From Streptomyces sp. NBC_00353 (GTDB lineage: Bacteria > Actinomycetota > Actinomycetes > Streptomycetales > Streptomycetaceae): a stretch of 64,000 nucleotides of DNA. Made by a program: the position numbers and the translations under genes. This document shows, piece by piece, positions 9,459 to 21,583 of the stretch. The number at the start of each line of letters is the position of its first letter. The stretch's first letter is position 1. The stretch is from positions 6,386,058 to 6,450,057 of the forward strand of contig NZ_CP107985.1 in assembly GCF_036108815.1 (NCBI RefSeq), written 5' to 3'. The notes beneath the pieces are model-generated. The model was not told the origin of the DNA, did not search any database, and was given only the letters and a program-made list of their open reading frames with translations.

Positions 9459-10319
9459 TTGAAGCTGCTTCGCGTGGGTACGGCAGGTGCGGAACGACCG
9501 GCGCTGCTGGACCAGGACGGAACGCTGCGTGACCTGTCGGGAATCGTCCCCGACATCGACAGCGACCTGCTCGCCGACGAGTCCGCGCTGGCCCGCGTAC
9601 GGGCCGCCGCGGCCTCGCCCGGCGAGCTGCCCGTACTCGATGCCGAAGGGCTCCGGGTCGGGCCGCCGCTCGCCCGGATCGGCAAGATCGTGTGCATCGG
9701 GCTGAACTACCACGACCACGCCACCGAGACCGGTGCGGCGATTCCGACCGAGCCGATCCTGTTCTTCAAGGCGCCGGACACCGTAGTGGGACCCGAGGAC
9801 ACCGTGCTGGTGCCGCGCGGCAGCCGCAAGACCGACTGGGAGGTCGAGCTCGCCGTCGTCATCGGCCGCACCGCCCGGTATCTGGACTCCGCCGAGGAAG
9901 CCCTCGGGCATGTCGCCGGTTACGCGGTCGCGCACGACGTCTCCGAGCGCGAGTTCCAGATCGAGCGCGGCGGCACCTGGGACAAGGGCAAGAACTGCGA
10001 GACGTTCAACCCGCTGGGGCCGTGGCTGGTGACGGCGGACGAGGTGCCCGACCCGCAGGCGCTTGCGCTGAAGCTGTGGGTCAACGGCGAGCTGAAGCAG
10101 GACGGCGCGACCGCCGACCAGATCTTCCCGGTGGGCGAGGTCGTCCGCTACCTCAGCCAGTTCATGACGCTGTACCCGGGCGATGTCATCAACACCGGTA
10201 CGCCGGCCGGGGTGGCCCTGGGGCAGCCGGAGCCCAAGCCGTATCTGAAGGCGGGCGACGTCGTCGAGCTGGAGGTCCAGGGGCTGGGACGGCAGCGGCA
10301 GGAGCTCAAGGACGCTTAG
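9459..10319 (+). CDS. fumarylacetoacetate hydrolase (FAH) family protein
   Basis: FAH-fold motifs GLNYHDHATE and VNGELKQDG. TTG start follows GGGGAG. Confidence 0.8.
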   Translation: MKLLRVGTAGAERPALLDQDGTLRDLSGIVPDIDSDLLADESALARVRAAAASPGELPVLDAEGLRVGPPLARIGKIVCIGLNYHDHATETGAAIPTEPILFFKAPDTVVGPEDTVLVPRGSRKTDWEVELAVVIGRTARYLDSAEEALGHVAGYAVAHDVSEREFQIERGGTWDKGKNCETFNPLGPWLVTADEVPDPQALALKLWVNGELKQDGATADQIFPVGEVVRYLSQFMTLYPGDVINTGTPAGVALGQPEPKPYLKAGDVVELEVQGLGRQRQELKDA

Positions 10320-10406
10320 CCGCGTAGCCGGCCAAGAGCGTCCTTGGGCGGTCAGAGATCGGAGGGGTGGGTCGCTGCTGGTGCAGCGACCCACCCCTCC
10401 GATGCG

Positions 10407-10886
10407 TCATCCGGCGATCGTGGTGGCGAACTGTTCCAGCGCCTCGACGACCAGCGCATGGTCGTCCGCCTGCGGCAGACCCGAGACCGTGACCGAGCCG
10501 ATCACGCCCGCTCCCTCCACCGCGATCGGGAACGAACCGCCGTGCGCGGCATACAGGTCCGGGTCCAGTCGCGAGGAGTCCTCGAACGTCGTCCCCTTCG
10601 CCCGGAACCGGGTCCCGACCAGGTACGAGCTCTCGCCGTACCGTTCGACCACTCTGCGTTTGCGGTCGATCCACGCGTCGTTGTCCGCGCTCGAACCGGG
10701 CAGCGCGGCATGGAACAGCTGCTGGGAGCCGCGCCGGATGTCGATCGCGACCGGCGCGTGCCGCCTGCGGGCCATGGAGACGAGCAGGCCGCCGAGGGCG
10801 TACGCGTCGTCGTAGCCGAAATGCGGCAGAGTCAGTCGGCGCTCCTGCGCGATGAGCTCGGAGATGGTCGGAGCGGTGGGGTTCAT
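10407..10886 (-). CDS. GlcG/HbpS-like (DUF336) heme-binding protein
   Basis: 159 aa with the GlcG-like pattern GGSFPIAVEGAGVIGSVTVSGLPQADDHALVVEAL. ATGA overlap with the upstream oxidoreductase gene. The 770-aa ORF in this frame is an artefact. Confidence 0.7.
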   Translation of the reverse strand: MNPTAPTISELIAQERRLTLPHFGYDDAYALGGLLVSMARRRHAPVAIDIRRGSQQLFHAALPGSSADNDAWIDRKRRVVERYGESSYLVGTRFRAKGTTFEDSSRLDPDLYAAHGGSFPIAVEGAGVIGSVTVSGLPQADDHALVVEALEQFATTIAG

Positions 10887-12046
10887 GCGGTCTGCTCCTC
10901 GGAAGCAGTGGGCAGGGTTACGGTGACGCCTTCGCGGGCCGAGCGGCGGGCGGCCTCGAGGACGTCCAGGGCCGCAGCGGCCTGCAGGGCCGTCACCGGA
11001 TTGTCGCCCTTGCCGCGCACCGCGTCGGCGACCGCCGCGTAGTACGCCGGGTAGTCGCCCGGCAGGGTACGGACCGGGACGCCGCCACCGGTCAGCGGCG
11101 ACTCGCCCGCACCGATCCGGCCCCACAGCGTCTCGGGCTCCTCGCCCCAGCCGTGAGCTGCGGCGGACGGGCGGTGGCCCTCGCGCAGGTCGGCCTCCTG
11201 CGGGTCCAGCCCGTACTTCACGTAACCGGCCTTGGAACCGAGCACCCGGAAGCGCGGGCCGAGCTGCGCCGTCGTGGCGCTGACGTACAGGTGCGAGCGG
11301 ACCCCGTTCGCATGGGTGATCGCCAGGAACGTGTCGTCGTCGGTGGCGGCGCCGGGGCGGCGCGCGTCGGACTCCGCGTACACCTGGACGGCCGGGCCGA
11401 ACAGTACGAGCGCCTGGTCGACGACATGGCTGCCCAGGTCGTACAGCAGTCCGCCGACCTCCTGCGGATCGCCCGACTCGCGCCAGCCGCCCTTCAGCTG
11501 CGGGCGCCACCGCTCGAAACGGGACTCGAAGCGCTGTACGTCGCCGAGCTCGCCGTCCTCGATCAGCCGGGCAAGCGTCAGGAAGTCGTTGTCCCAGCGG
11601 CGGTTCTGGAAGACCGAGAGCAGCAGGCCGCGCTCCTCGGCCAGCGCGGCGAGCGCGCGCGCCTCGGCCGCCGTACCGGCGATCGGCTTGTCCACGACGA
11701 CCGGCAGACCGGCCTCGAGCGCGGCGGTCGCGATCGGGACGTGGGTCTTGTTGGGGGAGGCGATCACAATCAGGTCGAGCGCGTCCGGGCCGCCCGCGCG
11801 GGCCCACAACTCGTCGGGCGACGCGGCGAACGAGACGTCGGGGAACTCGGCGCGGGCCTGAGCCCGCCGCTCCTCGTTCGACGTGACGACCGTGTCGAGG
11901 ACGAGGCCCTCGGTCGTGGCGATCAGCGGGGCGTGGAAGACGGAGCCCGCCAGGCCGTAGCCGACGAGTCCGACGCGGAGGGGGGTCTCGTGCGCGTGCG
12001 TCTGCTGCTGCGCCTCGGGAGTCGTGATGCCAGTCATGCAATCCAC
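10883..12046 (-). CDS. Gfo/Idh/MocA-family NAD(P)-dependent oxidoreductase
   Basis: Rossmann motif VGLVGYGLAGSVFHAPL and a typical C-terminal fold. Confidence 0.8.
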   Translation of the reverse strand: MDCMTGITTPEAQQQTHAHETPLRVGLVGYGLAGSVFHAPLIATTEGLVLDTVVTSNEERRAQARAEFPDVSFAASPDELWARAGGPDALDLIVIASPNKTHVPIATAALEAGLPVVVDKPIAGTAAEARALAALAEERGLLLSVFQNRRWDNDFLTLARLIEDGELGDVQRFESRFERWRPQLKGGWRESGDPQEVGGLLYDLGSHVVDQALVLFGPAVQVYAESDARRPGAATDDDTFLAITHANGVRSHLYVSATTAQLGPRFRVLGSKAGYVKYGLDPQEADLREGHRPSAAAHGWGEEPETLWGRIGAGESPLTGGGVPVRTLPGDYPAYYAAVADAVRGKGDNPVTALQAAAALDVLEAARRSAREGVTVTLPTASEEQTA

Positions 12047-12093
12047 TTAAGCAACGCTGTTGCCAAAGTGCAAGCGAGAGAGACAATGGGGCC

Positions 12094-13323
12094 GTGAACA
12101 GGAGTAATGCCGGGGCCAACCTGCCGACCTTGCGCAGCCACAACGCGGCGCTCGTGCTGGACCTGCTGCGTGTAGCGGGCGAGCGCGGGATCAGCCGCCT
12201 GGAGCTGGCGGAGCGGACAGGGCTCACGCCGCAGGCCGTCAGCAAGATCACTGCCCGTCTGCGGGCGGAGGGCCTGGCGACGGAGGCCGGCCACCGCGCG
12301 TCCACGGGTGGCAAGCCACGGACCGTGCTGCGGCTGGTCCCGGACGCGGGGCACGCGGTGGGGCTGCACCTGGACCGCGACGAACTGACGATGGTCCTGG
12401 TCGACCTGGCCGGGACGGTCGTCGCGAGCCGCAGGACGCCGCTGGACTTCGGCGCGCCGGCCGGGGAGGTCGTCGCGGTGGCGGCGGGCGAAGTGGGGGC
12501 CGTGCTGGGCGGGCCGGCGGCGGACGCCGGGGCGGAATCTCCCCAGCCGCGCCCCTTCCCGGAACCGGGGGCAGGTCCCCGGACCTCCGCGGCCTCCGCC
12601 CCAGGTGAGGGGGACGCGGCCGGGACCGCTCCCGTGGGGGACACGCGGACCGTGCTCGGGATCGGTGTGGCCGTGCCCGGGCCCCTGGACCATCGCGGGG
12701 GCGTGCTCCATCGGGTCACCGGGTTTCCGCAGTGGGACGGCTATCCGCTCCAGGACGCCCTCGCCGCTCGTACCGGGTTGCCCGTCGTCGTCGACAAGGA
12801 CACCAACGCCGCCGCCCTCGGGCTCGCCCTGCGGGCCGACGGTCCGGGCGACTTCGCGTATCTGCACCTCGGGACCGGGCTCGGCGCCGGGCTGTTTCTC
12901 GGCGGGGCGTTGCACCGAGGGGCCCGTACCGGTGCCGGTGAGTTCGGGCATCAGACCGTGTCGCTGGACGGGCCGCCGTGCAGCTGCGGCGGGCGCGGCT
13001 GTATCGAGGCGCTCTGTCTCGCCGCCGTCGCCGACGGCGATGTCGCGGAGGCCGCACGCGTGCTCGGGACCGGTGCCGCCAACCTCGTCGGGCTGCTCGA
13101 CATCGACCGGGTGGTGCTGGGCGGCCGTACCGTCGGCGAGGATCCGGATGCGTACGTACGAGGGGTCCGCGCCGTGATCGAAGAGCGTGCACGGCGTGAC
13201 GGCACCGGCGCGGCGGTACCGCTCGTCACCACCGCCGGTGCCGGCCGGCCGGTCGCCGAGGGGGCCGCACAACTGGTCCTCGCCCCGTTGTTCGGCCGTG
13301 TCGGCAGCGGCGGTGGCGCATAG
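12094..13323 (+). CDS. ROK-family transcriptional regulator
   Basis: N-terminal HTH plus sugar-kinase-like fold with the ROK zinc motif CSCGGRGCIEALC. Divergent from the oxidoreductase operon. Confidence 0.85.
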   Translation: MNRSNAGANLPTLRSHNAALVLDLLRVAGERGISRLELAERTGLTPQAVSKITARLRAEGLATEAGHRASTGGKPRTVLRLVPDAGHAVGLHLDRDELTMVLVDLAGTVVASRRTPLDFGAPAGEVVAVAAGEVGAVLGGPAADAGAESPQPRPFPEPGAGPRTSAASAPGEGDAAGTAPVGDTRTVLGIGVAVPGPLDHRGGVLHRVTGFPQWDGYPLQDALAARTGLPVVVDKDTNAAALGLALRADGPGDFAYLHLGTGLGAGLFLGGALHRGARTGAGEFGHQTVSLDGPPCSCGGRGCIEALCLAAVADGDVAEAARVLGTGAANLVGLLDIDRVVLGGRTVGEDPDAYVRGVRAVIEERARRDGTGAAVPLVTTAGAGRPVAEGAAQLVLAPLFGRVGSGGGA

Positions 13324-13502
13324 CGCCGTCGGAGCGGTAGGGGTGTGGGCCGGTCGAGGGGTCGGGGGCGGCCGACCGGGTGGTCCTTCGGCATGTCGAC
13401 GCCCGGCGGGTCGCGCGCGCGTGACAGCGTCGCCGCCTACAGCCGGTGAACTCCGGGCACGGGGCGATCCGGCCGTTCGCAAGCAGCGAAGGGTGTCCCC
13501 CC

Positions 13503-15560
<2,058 letters not shown>

Positions 15561-15620
15561 CACCGCAGACCGGCGATCGACTTGCATCGATAACGGCAAC
15601 ATAACGGGTCTAGGCCAACC

Positions 15621-16817
15621 TTGAGGCCCAGTTCACCCTCCCGTCGCCGTACCGATCCGAACGGGCCACCCGCCCCAAGCAGCGTTGCCGTCGTGAGAGT
15701 CATCGTCGTAGGAGCCGGCGTGGTGGGAACCATGCACGCCTGGCACGCAGTGAACCGCGGCCACGAGGTCGTACAGATCGAGCGCGAGAGCGAGGCACGC
15801 GGAGCATCGCTCCGCAATTTCGGACAGATCTGGGTCAGTGGCCGGGCCGGCGGCGAAGAGCTGGAGACCGCCCTCCGCGCCCGCGAGCTGTGGGAGGGCA
15901 TCGGGGAGCAGGTCCCCGGCCTGGGCTTCCGGCCCTGCGGTTCGCTGACACCGCTCCGCACCGAGCTGGAGATCGCCGTCGCCGAGGCGGCGGTGGCCCG
16001 CCCCGACGCTGCGGCCCGCGGCTACCAGCTGCTCACGGCCGACGAGGCCCGCGCCGTCAACCCCGCGCTCCGCGGCGACTTCGTCGCCGCGCTGTGGTGC
16101 GAGCGGGACGCCGCCGTCGAGCCGCGCACCGCTCAACTGGCTTTGAAACAGGCGCTGTTGGCGTCAGGCAGGTACACCTTCCTCGGCGGCCGTGAGGTCC
16201 GCGAGGTGGTCGGCGCGGCGTCCGTGCGCGACGACCACGGTGACGTGCACACCGGCGACGCCGTCGTCCTGTGCACCGGCGCCTGGCTCGGCGGCCTCGT
16301 GCGCGAGCTGGCCGGTCCCGATCTGCCGGTGCGCCGCGTCCGCCTCCAGATGATGCAGACCGACCCGCTCGGCGAAGCGCTCACCACCTCCGTCGCCGAC
16401 GCCGACAGCTTCCGCTACTACCCGGCGTACCGGAGCGAGGCGCTCGACGCCCTCAACGCCGGGCAGGCGCAGGCGCCGACCGCGGCCGAGCACAGGATGC
16501 AGCTGCTGATGGTGCAACGCCGGGACGGCGGACTGACCATCGGCGACACCCACGAGTACGAGCACCCGTTCTCCTTCGACGTCGTCGAGGAGCCGTACGA
16601 ACACCTCACCCGGGTCGTCGAGTCCTTCCTCGGCCGCCCGCTGCCGAGGATCCGGCACCGCTGGGCCGGGGTCTACGCCCAGTGCACCGACACCGGCCGC
16701 GTCGTCCACCGCCAGCAGGTGAGGGACGGCGTCTGGCTGGTCACCGGGCCGGGCGGCCGCGGTATGACCTGCTCGCCCGCCATCGCCGAAACGACCGCCG
16801 ACGAACTGGACTGGTGA
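15621..16817 (+). CDS. FAD-dependent oxidoreductase, phosphonate-catabolism type (TIGR03364-like amine oxidase)
   Basis: GxGxxG motif VIVVGAGVVGT. It is clustered with a PhnX-like hydrolase and an AEP-type ABC importer. The start is uncertain and may be the GTG at 15693. Confidence 0.75.
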   Translation: MRPSSPSRRRTDPNGPPAPSSVAVVRVIVVGAGVVGTMHAWHAVNRGHEVVQIERESEARGASLRNFGQIWVSGRAGGEELETALRARELWEGIGEQVPGLGFRPCGSLTPLRTELEIAVAEAAVARPDAAARGYQLLTADEARAVNPALRGDFVAALWCERDAAVEPRTAQLALKQALLASGRYTFLGGREVREVVGAASVRDDHGDVHTGDAVVLCTGAWLGGLVRELAGPDLPVRRVRLQMMQTDPLGEALTTSVADADSFRYYPAYRSEALDALNAGQAQAPTAAEHRMQLLMVQRRDGGLTIGDTHEYEHPFSFDVVEEPYEHLTRVVESFLGRPLPRIRHRWAGVYAQCTDTGRVVHRQQVRDGVWLVTGPGGRGMTCSPAIAETTADELDW

Positions 16818-17575
16818 AGAAGTTGAGCAACTCGCAGAAGAACGACCGGAAGAACGACCGGAAGAACGACCTGGAGAACGAGCAGAGGAGCAGGCTCAAT
16901 CTGGTCGTCCTCGACATGGCCGGGACCACCGTCGCCGACGGCGGCCTCGTCGAGCAGGCCTTCGCCGCCGCCGCACAGCGCCTCGGCGTGCAGCCCGGCT
17001 CCGCCGACCACACCGAGAAACTCCACTACGTGCGCGCCACCATGGGCGAGTCCAAGATCTCCGTCTTCCGCCACCTCTTCGGCGACGAGGACCGGGCTCA
17101 GCAGGCCAACCTCGCGTTCGAGGAGGCGTACGGGGAGCTGGTCGACGGCGGCCGTATCGCGCCGGTGCCCGGCGCCCGCGAAGCCATCGAGCGGCTCACG
17201 GAAGAGGGCCGGACCGTGGCCCTCTCCACCGGTTTCGCCCGCACCACCCAGGATGCGATCCTCGCCGCGCTCGGCTGGCAGGACCTGGTGCCGCTGACCC
17301 TCTGCCCCGCCGACGCGGGCGGCCGCGGCCGCCCCTACCCGGACATGGTCCTCGCCGCGTTCCTGCGCACCGGAGCGGTGGACGGCGTCCAGCAGATCGT
17401 GGTCGCGGGGGACACCTCGTACGACATGCTCAGCGGCGTACGCTCCGGGGCCGGGATCGTCGCCGGGGTGCTGACCGGCGCACACGACAAGGACCAGCTG
17501 GAACGCAACGGGGCCACGCACGTACTGGGTTCGGTCGCCGAGCTGCCGGACCTGATCGCCCGGGCGGAAGCATGA
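16814..17575 (+). CDS. PhnX-like phosphonatase-family HAD hydrolase
   Basis: HAD motif I reads LDMAGTT. The D-x-A-G-T variant is characteristic of phosphonoacetaldehyde hydrolase. GTGA overlap with the upstream gene. The N-terminus carries a KNDRKNDRKND repeat. Confidence 0.75.
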   Translation: MKKLSNSQKNDRKNDRKNDLENEQRSRLNLVVLDMAGTTVADGGLVEQAFAAAAQRLGVQPGSADHTEKLHYVRATMGESKISVFRHLFGDEDRAQQANLAFEEAYGELVDGGRIAPVPGAREAIERLTEEGRTVALSTGFARTTQDAILAALGWQDLVPLTLCPADAGGRGRPYPDMVLAAFLRTGAVDGVQQIVVAGDTSYDMLSGVRSGAGIVAGVLTGAHDKDQLERNGATHVLGSVAELPDLIARAEA

Positions 17576-18687
17576 CCGGCACACCCGCACCCGCAGCAGC
17601 CGGTCGGACCGCGCAGGGCGGCGGGATCCGGTTCGACGGGGTCAGCGTCGCGTACGGCAGGAACACCGTCCTCGACCGGCTCGATCTGACCGTCGAACCC
17701 GGCGAGGTCATGGCGCTGCTCGGGCCCTCCGGATCCGGCAAGACCACCGCCCTGCGCGCCGTCGCCGGCTTCGTCCGGCCCGCCTCCGGGCGGGTCTGGC
17801 TCGGCGACCGCGATGTCACCGGGCTGCCACCGCACAAGCGCGGCATCGGCATGGTCGTCCAGCAGTACGCGCTCTTCCCGCACATGCGGGTCCAGGACAA
17901 CGTCGCCTTCGGCCTCAAGGCCCGCAAGGTCGCAAAGGCCGAGATCCCCGCACGGGTCGCCGAAGCCCTCGAACTCGTCGGCATGGCCGCGTACGCCAAG
18001 CGCTACCCGCGCGAGCTCTCCGGCGGTCAGCAGCAGCGCGTCGCCATCGCCCGCGCGCTCGCCGTCCGCCCCGGTGTCCTGCTGCTCGACGAACCGCTCT
18101 CCGCGCTCGACGCCCGGCTGCGCTCCGGGATGCTCGCCGAACTGGCCCGCCTGCACCGGGAGTTGCCGGACGTCTCCATCCTGTACGTGACCCATGACCA
18201 GGTCGAGGCGCTGACCCTCGCCGACCGGATCGCGGTCATGGACAAGGCGCGACTGCAGGACTGCGGCACCCCGCAGGAGCTGTACCGCCGCCCGCGTACG
18301 GAGTTCACCGCGTCGTTCGTCGGCAACGCCAACCTGCTGCCGGTCACCGTCGCCGGGACCGCGGGCACCGTGGAGTTCGCCGGGCGCAGGCTCGACGTAC
18401 CGACCGGCGAGGCGGCCGACGGCGTCACCGCCACCCTCTGCGTCCGGCCCCACCTGGTCGGACTCGGCGACGGGCCCAACGCGCTGACCGGCGCCCTCGC
18501 CGAGGTCCAGTGGCGCGGCTCCACCCATCGGCTGTACGTCGACGTCGAAGGCCACCGGATCAAGGCCGACCTCCCCGAACTGCGCGACACTCCGGCGCTC
18601 GGCGACCGGGTCACCCTGCACTTCGCCGCCGAGGACGCGGTGCTGCTCCCGGCCGGCGCCGGGGTCGGGGGAGGAGTTCGTGCCTAG
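17572..18687 (+). CDS. ABC transporter ATP-binding protein (AEP/PhnT-like) with C-terminal TOBE domain
   Basis: Walker A GPSGSGKTT, signature LSGGQQQRV and Walker B LLLDEP. ATGA overlap with the upstream gene. Confidence 0.85.
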   Translation: MTGTPAPAAAGRTAQGGGIRFDGVSVAYGRNTVLDRLDLTVEPGEVMALLGPSGSGKTTALRAVAGFVRPASGRVWLGDRDVTGLPPHKRGIGMVVQQYALFPHMRVQDNVAFGLKARKVAKAEIPARVAEALELVGMAAYAKRYPRELSGGQQQRVAIARALAVRPGVLLLDEPLSALDARLRSGMLAELARLHRELPDVSILYVTHDQVEALTLADRIAVMDKARLQDCGTPQELYRRPRTEFTASFVGNANLLPVTVAGTAGTVEFAGRRLDVPTGEAADGVTATLCVRPHLVGLGDGPNALTGALAEVQWRGSTHRLYVDVEGHRIKADLPELRDTPALGDRVTLHFAAEDAVLLPAGAGVGGGVRA

Positions 18688-19585
18688 CGCCGTGACCGGA
18701 GACATTTCCTCGGGTGCGTCCGGCAGCGGCCTTGTCCTCAACCGCCGGACGGGCTCGAAGTACCGCATGGCCCCCCGGTTCGTGTGGGTGTTGCCGCCCG
18801 TTGCCGTTCTTGCTCTTGTCTTCCTCTATCCGCTGGTCCTCGTCGTCCAGCAGTCCGTCAGCCCGGACGAGGGCGGCACCTCGCTCGCCCCGTACGGCGA
18901 CGTCTTCGCCTCCGCGTCATTCCGCTCGGCGCTGACCACCACCGTCTGGCTCGCCGTCGGCTCGACCGCCGGCTGTCTGGTGCTCGGCCTCGTCCTCGCC
19001 CTGGTGATCGCGTTCGTACCGTTCCCCGGCGGCAGGGCGGTCGCCAGGTTCATCGACGTCTTCCTCTCCTTCCCGTCCTTCCTGATCACCCTCGCCCTGC
19101 TGTTCATCTACGGCACCGTGGGCATGGCCAACGGCGTCTGGAGGGATGCCACCGGAGCGGCGGACGGGCCCTTCCACTTCCTCACCACCCCGTGGGGCGT
19201 CCTCCTCGCGGAGATCACGTACTTCACCCCGTTCGTGATGCGGCCACTGCTCGCCGCGTTCTCGCAGCTCGACACCGCACAGCTGGAGGTCGCCTCCTCC
19301 CTGGGCGCGAAGCCGGCCCGGATCGTGCGGCAGGTGATCCTCCCCGAGGCGCTGCCGGCGCTCGCCGCGGGCGGCTCCCTCGTCCTCGTGATGTGCCTCA
19401 ACGAGTTCGGGATCGTGCTGTTCACCGGGGCCAAAGGGGTCACGACCCTGCCGATGCTCGTCTACGGCAAGGCGATCCTGGAGTCCGACTACCCGGCCGC
19501 CTGTGCCGTCGCCGTCGTCAACATCGCGATCTCCGTGGGTCTCTACAGCCTGTATCGGATGGTGAGCCGCCGTGTTGGTGCATAG
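18680..19585 (+). CDS. ABC transporter permease
   Basis: Six transmembrane segments and the EAA-like loop of binding-protein-dependent permeases. The start is ambiguous between the GTG at 18680 (overlaps the ATPase stop) and the ATG at 18767. The intervening 80 nt contain the dispersed repeat motif, which favours 18767. Confidence 0.75.
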   Translation: MPSAVTGDISSGASGSGLVLNRRTGSKYRMAPRFVWVLPPVAVLALVFLYPLVLVVQQSVSPDEGGTSLAPYGDVFASASFRSALTTTVWLAVGSTAGCLVLGLVLALVIAFVPFPGGRAVARFIDVFLSFPSFLITLALLFIYGTVGMANGVWRDATGAADGPFHFLTTPWGVLLAEITYFTPFVMRPLLAAFSQLDTAQLEVASSLGAKPARIVRQVILPEALPALAAGGSLVLVMCLNEFGIVLFTGAKGVTTLPMLVYGKAILESDYPAACAVAVVNIAISVGLYSLYRMVSRRVGA

Positions 19586-20369
19586 CCGTACCGGGAAGTG
19601 GGCCACCTGGACCGTCTTCTTCCTGCTCTTCGTCCCACTGTTCGCACTGCCCCTGCTGGTGATCGTCGCCGCGTCGTTCACCACCAACTGGTCCGGTGCC
19701 TTCCCCTCGGGCCCGACCACCGAGCACTACCGGGCCGCCACCAGTGGCGACTCCCTCCAGGCCCTCACCACCAGCCTGATCACCGCCGTCGGCGCCAGCC
19801 TGCTCGCCCTCACCATCGGCTCCTGGGCCGCGCTCGCCGCCGCCACGCTGCGGCGGCGGGGCAAGAGGTTCCTGGACGGGCTGTTCATGCTGCCGGTCGC
19901 CGTACCGTCCGTCGTCGTCGGCCTCGCCGTGCTCGTCGCGTTCAGCAGGCCGCCGATGCTGCTCAACGGCACGCGCTGGATCGTGATCCTGGCGCACACC
20001 ATTCTTGTCACGGCGTTCGCCTACCAGTCGGTCTCGGCTGCGACAGTGCGTCTCGACCCGATGTACGAGCAGGCGGCAGCCAGCCTCGGCGCCCGCCCCT
20101 CCTACGTCCTGTGGCGGATCAAGCTGCCGCTCCTGCTGCCCTCCCTCACGGCCGCCGCGGGGCTCTGCTTCGCCCTGTCCATGGGTGAGCTGAGCGCCAC
20201 GATGATGCTCTACCCGCCCGACTGGACACCGCTCCCGGTGCAGATCTTCGCGGCCACCGACCGTGGCTCGCTCTTCACCGGCGCCGCCGTGGCCGTGGTC
20301 CTCATGGGCACGACGCTGCTGGTCCTGCTCGCGGTCTCCCGCATCCGCACCAAAGCCTCGTACCGCTGA
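19572..20369 (+). CDS. ABC transporter permease
   Basis: Six transmembrane segments. GTG start overlaps the upstream gene. Confidence 0.8.
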   Translation: MLVHSRTGKWATWTVFFLLFVPLFALPLLVIVAASFTTNWSGAFPSGPTTEHYRAATSGDSLQALTTSLITAVGASLLALTIGSWAALAAATLRRRGKRFLDGLFMLPVAVPSVVVGLAVLVAFSRPPMLLNGTRWIVILAHTILVTAFAYQSVSAATVRLDPMYEQAAASLGARPSYVLWRIKLPLLLPSLTAAAGLCFALSMGELSATMMLYPPDWTPLPVQIFAATDRGSLFTGAAVAVVLMGTTLLVLLAVSRIRTKASYR

Positions 20370-20408
20370 CACCCCTTACCGAACCAACCTCCAGGAGATG
20401 CGACACCC

Positions 20409-21470
20409 ATGCGCAAGAGCCACCTCAAGCCGCTGGCCGCCGTCACCGGCGCGCTCGCCCTCGCCGCCACCCTCTCCGCCTGCGGCGGTTCCTCCGCCGC
20501 CTCCGACGAGAAGATCGTCACCGTCTACAGCGCGGACGGGCTCAAGGGCGAGAACGGCGACGGCTGGTACGACAAGGTCTTCAAGGACTTCGAGAAGAAG
20601 ACCGGCATCAAGGTCGAGTACGTGGAGGGCGGCTCCGGCGAGATGGTGCAGCGCGCCGCCCGCGAGAAGTCCAACACCCAGGCCGATGTACTGGTCACAC
20701 TCCCGCCGTTCATCCAGCAGGCCGACTCCAAAGGCCTCCTGACGGCGTACGAACCGGCCGGCTCCGACCAGGTCGACGGCGCCGACAAGTCGTCCGACTC
20801 CAAGTGGACCTCGGTCGTCAACAACTACTTCGGCTTCGTCTACAACAAGAAGGAACTGAAGACCGCGCCCACCACCTGGGACGAGCTCACCGACGCGAAG
20901 TACAAGGAGAAGATCCAGTACTCCACCCCCGGAGTCGCCGGTGACGGCACGGCCGTACTCATCAAGGCCATGCACGACTTCGGCGGCAAGGAGCCGGCGA
21001 TGGAGTACCTGAAGAAGCTTCAGGCCAACAACGTCGGCCCGTCCGCCTCCACCGGCAAGCTCGCCCCCAAGGTCGACAAGGGCGAACTGCTCGTCGCCAA
21101 CGGCGACGTCCAGATGAACTACGCCCAGTCCAAGGACATGCCGAACCTCGGCATCTGGTTCCCGGCGAAGTCCGGCTCCAAGCCCACCACGTTCGCCCTG
21201 CCCTACGCGGCCGGACTGGTCAGCAAGGCCCCGCACAGCGCCAACGGCAAGAAGCTGCTCGACTTCATGCTCTCCGAGCAGGCCCAGAAGGACGTCAGCG
21301 AGGTCGGCGGCGGCTTCTCCGCCCGCAAGGACATCGAGGCCACCGACGCGAACGCCATCGAGCTCAGCAAGCTGATGGACGGGGTGGAGGTCTTCGAGCC
21401 GGACTGGTCGGACATAGACGCCAACCTGGACGGATATGTGGACGCCTGGAAGACGGCCACCGGAAGCTGA
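20409..21470 (+). CDS. ABC transporter substrate-binding lipoprotein (putative 2-aminoethylphosphonate-binding)
   Basis: Lipobox LSAC. Iron/thiamine/AEP-type SBP fold. Last gene of the cluster. Confidence 0.8.
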   Translation: MRKSHLKPLAAVTGALALAATLSACGGSSAASDEKIVTVYSADGLKGENGDGWYDKVFKDFEKKTGIKVEYVEGGSGEMVQRAAREKSNTQADVLVTLPPFIQQADSKGLLTAYEPAGSDQVDGADKSSDSKWTSVVNNYFGFVYNKKELKTAPTTWDELTDAKYKEKIQYSTPGVAGDGTAVLIKAMHDFGGKEPAMEYLKKLQANNVGPSASTGKLAPKVDKGELLVANGDVQMNYAQSKDMPNLGIWFPAKSGSKPTTFALPYAAGLVSKAPHSANGKKLLDFMLSEQAQKDVSEVGGGFSARKDIEATDANAIELSKLMDGVEVFEPDWSDIDANLDGYVDAWKTATGS

Positions 21471-21583
21471 CCGCGGCGACCGGCACGGGCCCACCGGCCC
21501 GGCACCCTAAAATCGGGGATGTCGGCGCTGCACAACGCGGTGCCGCCGGCGTCCCCGCACACGGCGTACGGCAGGAGTCCCAC

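Noticed and set aside
10407-12719. 770-aa minus-strand ORF spanning the GlcG, Gfo and ROK region
   Set aside because: The translation is R/P/G/A-rich low-complexity sequence. It is antisense to, or out of frame with, three well-supported genes. This is a typical long spurious ORF in 70%+ GC DNA.
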